Shown here piece by piece: positions 19,769 through 26,779 of a stretch of 26,779 bases of DNA. The stretch is from Chthoniobacteraceae bacterium (GTDB taxonomy: Bacteria; Verrucomicrobiota; Verrucomicrobiia; Chthoniobacterales; Chthoniobacteraceae): assembly GCA_040081625.1 (NCBI GenBank), contig JBEBGD010000077.1:1-26779 (forward strand), in the 5' to 3' direction. Position 1 is the stretch's first letter. Each line of letters opens with the position of its first letter. Made by a program: the position numbers and the translations under genes. A model generated the notes under the pieces. That model saw nothing but the letters and a program-made list of their open reading frames with translations. It was not told the DNA's origin and made no database searches.

Positions 19769-20473
19769 TCACGCTAGCGATTTCTCTGCCGTGTAAAGGC
19801 TCACGATGCCGCCGGTCAGCGGCTCGGCCTTGGCGCCGCGGAAGCCGGCGCCCTCCATCAAACGGCACAGCGCCGCTCCGCTCGGGAAGTTTTCGATCGA
19901 AGCGGCGAGGTAGCGATACGCCTCGGCTTCGCCCGTGAGCCAGCCGGCCAGCCGCGGCAGGACGCGGTGCAGATACGGCCGGTAGAGCCAGCGCAGCGGG
20001 CCGCGCGGGACGGAAAAATCGAGCACCAACACGTGCCCGCCGGGGCGGAGCACGCGCGCCATCTCTCGGAGCGCGCCCTCCCACGATGCCATGTTCCGCA
20101 GGCCGAAGGCGACGGTGAGCGCGTCGAATTGCCCGTCTGCAAACGGCATCGCAAGCGCGTCGGCCTGCACGAGCCGGCGCGAACCGAGCCCGCGCGCGAC
20201 TTCGAGCATCTCCGCGCTGAAGTCGGCGCCGGTCACCTCCGCCTCCGGGCACCGGCGCTCGATCGCCCGGGCGAGGTCGCCGCTGCCGGTCGCGAGGTCG
20301 AGCACCGTCCCCGGCTTCCACCCAGCCACGATGGACGCCGCGCGGCGCCTCCAAAGGGCGTCCAGCCCACCGCTAAGGACGGCATTTGCCAGCCGGTAGC
20401 GGCGCGCGACGCGGCCGAACATCGCGCGGACCATTTCCGGGTCGCGGTCAGGGGTGGTGACTACTGCGGACAT
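19769..20473 (-). CDS. ubiE: Ubiquinone/menaquinone biosynthesis C-methyltransferase (UbiE/MenG)
   Basis: VRAMFGRVARRY...N.VLSGGLD.LWR, VLDLATGSGD, VAFGLRN, EMARVLRPGG, AYRYLAASIENFP, LTGGI. Confidence 0.9.
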   Translation of the reverse strand: MSAVVTTPDRDPEMVRAMFGRVARRYRLANAVLSGGLDALWRRRAASIVAGWKPGTVLDLATGSGDLARAIERRCPEAEVTGADFSAEMLEVARGLGSRRLVQADALAMPFADGQFDALTVAFGLRNMASWEGALREMARVLRPGGHVLVLDFSVPRGPLRWLYRPYLHRVLPRLAGWLTGEAEAYRYLAASIENFPSGAALCRLMEGAGFRGAKAEPLTGGIVSLYTAEKSLA

Positions 20474-20578
20474 ACAGGAAAATCACTGGTCTGAAGGCAT
20501 ACACGCTGCTTTCACAAAACAGTCAACGGAACTGTTGGCGTCCAACCATTCCCACGCGACATCGCATTTCCCAACCGC

Positions 20579-22204
20579 ATGACCCACGACGTTCTCCGCA
20601 AAGCACGCGTCCTCATCGTAGATGATGAGCCTTCGAACGTGCGCTTGCTCGAACGCATCCTGGAGCTCAACGGCGAGCCGTCGATCCGCAGCACGACTGA
20701 TTCTCGGGAGACTCTCTCAATCCTGCTCGAGTTCGAGCCGGACATCGTCCTGCTCGACCTGCACATGCCGCACCTCGACGGCTTCGGCGTCATGGAACTG
20801 CTCAAGTCGGCCATCGCGCCCGACACGTATCTGCCGATCCTGGTGCTGACGGCCGACATCACCGCGGAGACCAAACGCCGCGCCTTCCTCGCCGGCGCGC
20901 AGGATTTCCTGACCAAGCCGCTCGACCACTCCGAAGTCGTGCTGCGGATGAAGAACCTGCTCGAGAACCGATTCCTGCACCTGGAACTCCAGGACCAGAA
21001 CAAACTGCTCGAGCAGCAGGTCCGCGTGCGCACCGGCCAGCTCGAGCAGACGCTCAGCCAGCTCCGCAACACGCAGACCGCGGTCATCAAGCAGGAGCGC
21101 CTGCGCGCGCTAGGGCTGATGGCGGGTGGAATCGCGCACGATTTCAACAACGCGCTGACGATGATGCTCGGCTACGGCGAGCTGCTGCTGCCGCACTTCC
21201 AGGGCAATGCACCCGACCGCGAGCGCGGCTACCTCGCGCACATGATCGCCGCCGCCGAGGACGCGCGGCACATCGTCGCGCGGCTGCGCGAATTCTACCG
21301 GCCGGCCGGCAGCGAAGACGTGCGCGTGCCCGTCGATCTCAACGCCATCGTCGAGCAAGCCGTCGCCCTCACCACTCCACGCTGGAAAGGATCGAGCCAG
21401 GCCAATGGCGTGCAGATCAACGTCGTCACCGACCTGCGCGAGATCCCCGCGGTCGCCGCCAGCGCCTCCGAGCTGCGCGAGATGCTCACCAACTTCATCT
21501 TCAACTCCGTCGATGCGATGCCCGAGGGCGGCACCATCAGCCTCGCCACGCGCGTCCAGGGCGAGCACGTCTGCGTCTCGATCACCGACACGGGCATGGG
21601 CATGGACCCCGAGCAGCGCGCGCAGTGCCTCGAGCCTTTCTTCACCACCAAGGGCGACGGCGGCACCGGCCTCGGGCTCTCAGTCGTCTATGGCATCGTG
21701 CAACGCCACGGCGGCAATATCGAAATCATCAGCGAAAAAAATCGCGGCACCACATTCCTAGTCATGATCCCACCGACCACCGACACCGCCGTCCCCGCAC
21801 AGGAGAAGAGCGAACCGATCTCCGAAGCCGTGCGAGTGCTCGTGGCTGATGATCAGGAGATCATCGCCGAGCTGATCGCCGAATACCTGCGCTCCGACGG
21901 ACATCAAGTGACCCTCGCCTTCGACGGTCGCGCCGCGCTCGAGAAGTTCCGCGCCGGCACCTTCGACCTCGTGCTCACCGACCAATCCATGCCCGGCCTC
22001 AACGGCACGCAACTCGCGCTGATCATCAAGGCCGAGCGCCCGAATACGCCGGTCGTATTGCTCACCGGCTTCGGCGACGAAATGCAGGCCAGTGGCCAGT
22101 CGCCCGAGGGCATCGACCTCGTCGTCAGCAAGCCCATCTCGCAAGCCGACCTGCGCCGCGCCGTCTCCCGCTCCGTCACCGCGAAACCTTCGCAAGCGGC
22201 CTGA
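20579..22204 (+). CDS. Cytoplasmic hybrid histidine kinase (REC-HisKA-HATPase-REC)
   Basis: N-terminal REC (VDDE, LLDLHMP, TKP), H-box GIAHDFNNAL, N-box NSVDAM, DTGMGM, PFFTTK, GTGLGL, C-terminal REC (ADDQ, TDQSMP, SKP). No transmembrane segment. Confidence 0.92.
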   Translation: MTHDVLRKARVLIVDDEPSNVRLLERILELNGEPSIRSTTDSRETLSILLEFEPDIVLLDLHMPHLDGFGVMELLKSAIAPDTYLPILVLTADITAETKRRAFLAGAQDFLTKPLDHSEVVLRMKNLLENRFLHLELQDQNKLLEQQVRVRTGQLEQTLSQLRNTQTAVIKQERLRALGLMAGGIAHDFNNALTMMLGYGELLLPHFQGNAPDRERGYLAHMIAAAEDARHIVARLREFYRPAGSEDVRVPVDLNAIVEQAVALTTPRWKGSSQANGVQINVVTDLREIPAVAASASELREMLTNFIFNSVDAMPEGGTISLATRVQGEHVCVSITDTGMGMDPEQRAQCLEPFFTTKGDGGTGLGLSVVYGIVQRHGGNIEIISEKNRGTTFLVMIPPTTDTAVPAQEKSEPISEAVRVLVADDQEIIAELIAEYLRSDGHQVTLAFDGRAALEKFRAGTFDLVLTDQSMPGLNGTQLALIIKAERPNTPVVLLTGFGDEMQASGQSPEGIDLVVSKPISQADLRRAVSRSVTAKPSQAA

Positions 22205-22210
22205 GGAGCG

Positions 22211-22309
22211 GGGAAGTTGAGAGTTGAGAGTTTAGTCGCGCACGGCTCATGTGCGCGACTTCGATCCAGAATGCGCGTCTCCCAACCCTCAACTCCCAAC
22301 TCCCGACTC
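22211..22309. repeat. AGTTGAG/CTCAACT heptamer palindromic element with internal hairpin
   Basis: Left arm AGTTGAG AGTTGAG AGTTTAG (22215-22235), inner 10-bp stem AGTCGCGCAC / GTGCGCGACT (22234-22260), right arm CTCCCAA CCCTCAA CTCCCAA CTCCCGA (22279-22306). Confidence 0.75.
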
Positions 22310-22311
22310 GC

Positions 22312-22941
22312 TTGAAGCTGCTGACCGACTGGCTGGCTTCATCCCAGGACTACTTTCAAAACCTCGGCTGGATCGGCGTCGTCGCCTTCGCCGCGATGAT
22401 GGCTCTGGCCGGCATGGCCGCCGTGCCGATGTCGCCTTTCGCCATCACCGCCGCGCTCTGCTTCGGCTTCGGGCGCGGCTTCGTCGCCGTCCAACTCGGC
22501 ACGATGCTCTCGGCGGCGGTGAACTTTCTCGTGTCGCGGCATCTCGCGCGGGCGCGCGTGCAAAAGCGGCTCGCGGCGAACGGGAAATTCCGCGCGATCG
22601 ATGCCGCCGTCGGGCGCGAGGGATGGAAGATCGTCGCGCTCATCCGCTTCGTGCCGCTGCCCTTCGGCATGGTGAACTACGCCTTCGGCCTGACCGCCGT
22701 CCGGTTCTGGCCCTACATCCTCGCCACCGCCGTGCCGATCCTGCTCCCGAATGCATTCTTCGTCTGGCTCGGCACGACCGCGCAGATCGGCCTCGAAGTC
22801 GCCACCGGCACCGGCCGCCAGCGCCATCCGCTCGAGATCGGCATGATGGGGCTCGGCGTCCTCGCCGCGCTCGCCGTGCTCACCTACGTCACGAAGATCG
22901 CCCGTCGCGCCATCGCGCAGCGGGACGAGACGCTCGCGTGA
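22312..22941 (+). CDS. TVP38/TMEM64 (DedA/VTT domain) membrane protein
   Basis: FGFGRGF...GTMLSAAVNFLVSR, GWKIVALIRFVPLPFGMVNYAFGLTAVRF. Likely TTG start at 22312, because the ORF-track start at 22249 lies inside the repeat. Confidence 0.88.
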   Translation: MKLLTDWLASSQDYFQNLGWIGVVAFAAMMALAGMAAVPMSPFAITAALCFGFGRGFVAVQLGTMLSAAVNFLVSRHLARARVQKRLAANGKFRAIDAAVGREGWKIVALIRFVPLPFGMVNYAFGLTAVRFWPYILATAVPILLPNAFFVWLGTTAQIGLEVATGTGRQRHPLEIGMMGLGVLAALAVLTYVTKIARRAIAQRDETLA

Positions 22942-22948
22942 GTGGGCG

Positions 22949-25138
22949 TCAGTGGTTGAACAAAAACTCCCGGCTGCTCAGCAGCGCCCAATACGCGTCC
23001 TCGAGCGCCAGTCGCATCTCCTTCTCGTCCTTGCTCCCACCGAGCAGCGTGCGGAAACGCGCGCGCTCCGCATCGCCCGGCAGCCGCGCGAGCGCGGAGA
23101 GGAAGGCGTCATCGATCACCTCGTCCGCTGATTTTTTCCCGGCGAGCGCCTTTGCCACACAGCTCTGCGCGGAGAGGAGCTTCTTGTTGATCGTGTCGCC
23201 ATTGGCCACGTGCAACGCCTGCGTCACGCTCGGCTCGGCGGTGCGTTCGCACTCGCAGGTCTGGTCGCGGTTCGGCCGGCCGAAGGCGCGCGTGAAATAG
23301 CTGTCGGTGCCGGCATCCGGGAGCTGCATCGCGCGCCAGCCGGCGGGGAAGGTGATGCCGGCGGTCTGGTTGCTCACGTCCTCCGTTTTGAAAATCGTCG
23401 GCACCAGCGTCACCTGCGCGATCGCGTCGTGCAGGGCCTCGGCCATGAGGCGGCGAGGATAGTAGCGGCTGTAAAAGCGCGAATCGTCTTCATTGCCGGC
23501 CACCGGCTGGCTCGATCGCTGGTAGGTCTCGCTCTGCAAGATCGCGCGCATCAGCGTCCGCAGGTCGAACTTGTTCTGCACGAGAAAATCCGTCGCCGCC
23601 GAGAAGAGCGGCTCGTTGCTCGGCGGATTCGCGGCACGGATGTCGTCCACGTTTTCCACCAGCCCGACGTCGAAGAAGTTCGCCCACACGCGGTTCACGA
23701 TGTTGCGCTTGAAGTGCGAATTGTCCGCACTCGTGACCCACTGCGCGAGCGCCTCGCGCCGGTCACCCGCGAAGTCCGCCGCCAGCGGTTTCGCGTCGAG
23801 CGGACGCGGCAACTGCGGCTGGCCCGTGAGCGGCTGCACCAGCTCGCCATCCGCCGCGGCGAAGACGACGTTGTCGCCGGCCTGCGCGCCCGCCTTGAAC
23901 CGCACGCGCGAGAAGAGGTTCGCGAAGCCGTAGTAGTCGTTGTTGGTCCACTTCTCGAGCGGGTGATTGTGGCACTTCGCGCAGTTCATCGAGAAGCCGA
24001 GGAAGGTCTGTGAGGTCGTCTCCGCCGCGTCGCGCGGATCCTGGTGGATCACGAAATAATTTGCCGCGCCGTTTTCCAGCGTGCTGCCCTGCGCGGTGAG
24101 CAGGCGGCGCGTGAAGGCATCCCACGGCGTGTTCGACGCGACCTGATTGCGAATCCATTGGTAGTAAGACCACATCGCCGCCGGCTGGACCTTGCGCTTG
24201 GTGACCAGCAGCAGGTCGCTCCATTTGTAGCTCCAGTAATCGACGAACTCCGTCCGCGCGAAGAGCGAGTCGATAAGCCGGTCGCGCTTGTCGGGCCGTG
24301 TGTCGGCGAGGAAGGCGCGCGTCTCCTCCGCCGTCGGCAGCACACCGATCGTGTCGAGGAAAGCGCGGCGGATGAAGTCGTGATCCTCGCAGCGCGGGCT
24401 CGGCGGCAGGTTGAGTTCGCGCAGCTTGTCGAGCACACGCTCGTCGATCCAGTTGCGCCGCGGCGCCTTCGCAAAGATCGCGGCATCGACCTGATTGTCA
24501 TAAGGCGCCGTGACCGTCGCCACCGCAAGCCGGCTCAGATACCAAGCGCTCAGCGCGCTCTCGCCGCGGCCGACGACCTTGATCGCATCCTTGTCGTCCA
24601 CCGTGACCACGCTCTGGTTGACCGCCGTCCATTTCACATGCCGCGTCACATCCTCGTCGTGCCCGTCGGAGAAGTGCGCGCGCACCGTGAACTTCGGCGC
24701 GTCGCCCGGCTTCGCGCGCAAGTGCGCCGGCTCGATCACGAGCCGCTCGATCCGCGCGTCTTCCGACTTCGGCCCCGGCGCGCCATTGGCGATCCAATCG
24801 ACGATCGTCTTCCACTCCTCCGAGCCGACCTTGAACCGCTCGCTGCCCTTGTGCGGCACAGCAGCCGTGGCCTTCAGCAGCATGAGCGAGCGCGCCGGGT
24901 CCGCCGCCGAGATCCGCCGCCCGAACGCACCGCGAGTGAGCGCGAGCCAGTCGCCTTCGTCGTCGTAGCCGCGCAGCGAGAGCCGGAATCCCCCCTGCCC
25001 CGCCGCCGCTCCATGGCATGCACCGAGCGAGCAGCCCGCCTTCGCGAGGATGGGCTGGACGTGATTGCGGAAGCTCGGCGCGGTCTCCGCGCGAGCGGCA
25101 AGTGAGAGGAGGATGAGGGCAAGCGCGAGGCGCGTCAT
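22949..25138 (-). CDS. DUF1549/DUF1553 (PSCyt2/PSD1) protein with Ig-like domain
   Basis: Signal peptide, PSFRNHVQPILAKAGCSLGACHG, NWIDERV...FIRRAFLDTIGVLPT, CAKCHNHP, NRVWANFF, ERTAEPSVTQALH, LLSSREFLFNH; a PVC-typical family. Confidence 0.9.
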   Translation of the reverse strand: MTRLALALILLSLAARAETAPSFRNHVQPILAKAGCSLGACHGAAAGQGGFRLSLRGYDDEGDWLALTRGAFGRRISAADPARSLMLLKATAAVPHKGSERFKVGSEEWKTIVDWIANGAPGPKSEDARIERLVIEPAHLRAKPGDAPKFTVRAHFSDGHDEDVTRHVKWTAVNQSVVTVDDKDAIKVVGRGESALSAWYLSRLAVATVTAPYDNQVDAAIFAKAPRRNWIDERVLDKLRELNLPPSPRCEDHDFIRRAFLDTIGVLPTAEETRAFLADTRPDKRDRLIDSLFARTEFVDYWSYKWSDLLLVTKRKVQPAAMWSYYQWIRNQVASNTPWDAFTRRLLTAQGSTLENGAANYFVIHQDPRDAAETTSQTFLGFSMNCAKCHNHPLEKWTNNDYYGFANLFSRVRFKAGAQAGDNVVFAAADGELVQPLTGQPQLPRPLDAKPLAADFAGDRREALAQWVTSADNSHFKRNIVNRVWANFFDVGLVENVDDIRAANPPSNEPLFSAATDFLVQNKFDLRTLMRAILQSETYQRSSQPVAGNEDDSRFYSRYYPRRLMAEALHDAIAQVTLVPTIFKTEDVSNQTAGITFPAGWRAMQLPDAGTDSYFTRAFGRPNRDQTCECERTAEPSVTQALHVANGDTINKKLLSAQSCVAKALAGKKSADEVIDDAFLSALARLPGDAERARFRTLLGGSKDEKEMRLALEDAYWALLSSREFLFNH

Positions 25139-25263
25139 GGCAGGCATGTGAACCGCGAACCTAGCGGCGTCTTGGCCGCGAACAACCGCGCGGCGTTTGC
25201 AGGATGCTGCGGATTTTCCGATCGCCTCCTGCGACTGCACGAGCACGCCCATGGACTGAGGTC

Positions 25264-26658
25264 TCAGCGATCGTCGAGCCGCTTCGCCTTCGAGCGTCCA
25301 CCTTTCCACACGTCGTATTGCGGGTCGGCGTTGCGGGTGAAGAAGGTGTCCAGCCGCCGGGCGAGTTCATCCCGGCGTGGCTCGGTGCCGGGCTGGCCGT
25401 AGAGGTTCATGCGTTCGCGCGGGTCGGCCTTCATGTCGTAGAGCTCGAACGGACCGGACGGAAAACGCGCGACGTATTTCCAGTCGTCCGTGCGGATCGC
25501 GCGGCACGTTTCCATTTCGTAGAAGACTCCGTTTTCCCACGCGACGGACTCCCCGCGCAGCACGCGGGAGAAGTCGCGGCCCGGCGACTTCGATCCCGCC
25601 GGCATCTTCGCGCCGAGATGCGCGAGCACGCTCGGCATGAAGTCGTAATTGCTCACGAGCAGGTCGCTCGTCTGCGCGGCGGGGATTTTCCCCGACTGCC
25701 GGAAGATGAGCGGGATCTGCATCATCAACTCGTGCGCGCCGATCGGGCGCGTGTGATCGCCCATGCCCCACAGTCCGTTCTGCCCGCCCATCCAGCCCTG
25801 GTCGGCGGAATAGACGACCAGCGTGTCCTTCTCGAGCCCGAGCCGCTTGAGGGCCGCGAGCACTTCGCCCACGCCGTCGTCCACGCCGCTGACTTCGCAC
25901 GCCATCCGCTCGATCGCGGCCTGCGTGTTGTGGAATTGCTTGTTCGCGTGCTGCCACGGATGCATCGCGTCGCGCGGGAAGCTGAGGAACGGCAGCCCGC
26001 GATACACCTCGGCCCAGCGATTGCGCGAGGGGTTGAGCATCAGGTTTCCGAGCGAGTAGGGTCCGTTGTAGGCGAGGTAGAGGAAGAACGGGCGCGCCTT
26101 GTTCGCCTCGATGAACTCGATGCCTTTGCGCGTCCAAAGGTCCGTCGTGTAGCCGGCTTCCTTCCGCACTTTGCCGTCCTCGATGATGTCCTGGTCGTAA
26201 AACTCGCGCGTGCTCCCGTCGGGCTTGGTGATCCACGACGTGAAGCCCTCGCTCGGCGTGAGGTTCGCGCCGAGGTGCCACTTCCCGCTCAACCCGCACA
26301 CGTAGCCCTCATCGCGCAGCACCTCCCCGATCGACGTGAACTCCTCAAGCGTGTTGTAAGCCTCCGGCCCCATCATGAACTTCGGATCGAGAAACGAATG
26401 GACGCCGTGCTGCGAAGGAATCAGCCCGGTGAGAAACGTCGCGCGCGTCGGCGAGCACACCGCATTGCTCGCCATCGCGCGCGTGAAACGGATGCCTTCC
26501 GCCGCGAGGCGATCGATGTGCGGAGTCTGGATGTCCTTGTTCCCGTAACAGCCGAGCGTCCACGCGCCCTGGTTGTCGGTGAGGATGAAGACGAGATTCG
26601 TCGGCTTCGCGAAGGCGTGCGCGGAGACGAGGGCGAGGGCGAGGAGGAGCGTGCGCAT
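25264..26658 (-). CDS. Sulfatase (Cys-type, formylglycine-dependent), secreted
   Basis: NLVFILTDNQG, TPHIDRLAAEG, CSPTRATFLTG (CxPxR), GKWHLG, SADQG, ELYDMKADPRE; signal peptide from ATG 26658. Confidence 0.93.
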   Translation of the reverse strand: MRTLLLALALVSAHAFAKPTNLVFILTDNQGAWTLGCYGNKDIQTPHIDRLAAEGIRFTRAMASNAVCSPTRATFLTGLIPSQHGVHSFLDPKFMMGPEAYNTLEEFTSIGEVLRDEGYVCGLSGKWHLGANLTPSEGFTSWITKPDGSTREFYDQDIIEDGKVRKEAGYTTDLWTRKGIEFIEANKARPFFLYLAYNGPYSLGNLMLNPSRNRWAEVYRGLPFLSFPRDAMHPWQHANKQFHNTQAAIERMACEVSGVDDGVGEVLAALKRLGLEKDTLVVYSADQGWMGGQNGLWGMGDHTRPIGAHELMMQIPLIFRQSGKIPAAQTSDLLVSNYDFMPSVLAHLGAKMPAGSKSPGRDFSRVLRGESVAWENGVFYEMETCRAIRTDDWKYVARFPSGPFELYDMKADPRERMNLYGQPGTEPRRDELARRLDTFFTRNADPQYDVWKGGRSKAKRLDDR

Positions 26659-26669
26659 GGATCGGATTT

Positions 26670-26699
26670 CACCACGAAGGCATGAAGCGCACGAAGAAG
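26670..26699. repeat. Degenerate CACGAAG-based 8-9-mer tandem repeat upstream of the sulfatase
   Basis: CAC CACGAAGG CATGAAGCG CACGAAGAAG, three units ending 11 nt before the sulfatase ATG on the minus strand. Confidence 0.5.
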
Positions 26700-26779
26700 A
26701 ATTTGGCCGGAGCATTATGTCCGTCGGGGAAACCCGGAAGATACTTAAGGTCATTAAATACTTGCCCCCGCCCTCAACC

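Noticed and set aside
19764..20354. N-terminal ~200 aa of ORF 19002..20354, suggesting an overlapping gene or fusion with ubiE
   Set aside because: It is an alternative frame of ubiE with Arg-rich nonsense composition. A clear signal peptide starts at 19763.
25148..25260. CCGCGAAC direct repeat in the sulfatase-DUF1549 spacer
   Set aside because: Only two 8-nt GC-rich copies, not significant.

Overview
GC-rich bacterial chromosomal window, most likely Verrucomicrobiota (PVC superphylum). The taxon is inferred from the DUF1549/DUF1553 protein, the Cys-type sulfatase, the ClpC N-terminus and the near absence of Shine-Dalgarno sites. It holds about 23 genes: a partial Kelch/IPT secreted protein (missing from the ORF track), yacG, clpC, a rhodanese plus CoA-disulfide reductase operon, ilvH, a periplasmic double-HMA protein, a CocE/NonD hydrolase, a Gfo/Idh/MocA oxidoreductase, leuS, a coiled-coil membrane protein, glnB, uppP, an M23 peptidase, glgC, a REC-DUF4388 regulator, tgt, a putative Cys-His hydrolase, ubiE/menG, a hybrid kinase, a TVP38/DedA protein, the DUF1549/1553 protein and the sulfatase. 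I saw no rRNA, tRNA, CRISPR array, transposase or integrase. The most notable signal is a ~70-80 nt palindromic element built on hexamer repeats. It occurs twice: once between glnB and uppP, and once in frame inside leuS, where it is translated as [24 protein letters not shown], in the manner of Rickettsia palindromic elements. Three other short-tandem-repeat elements lie immediately upstream of start codons.
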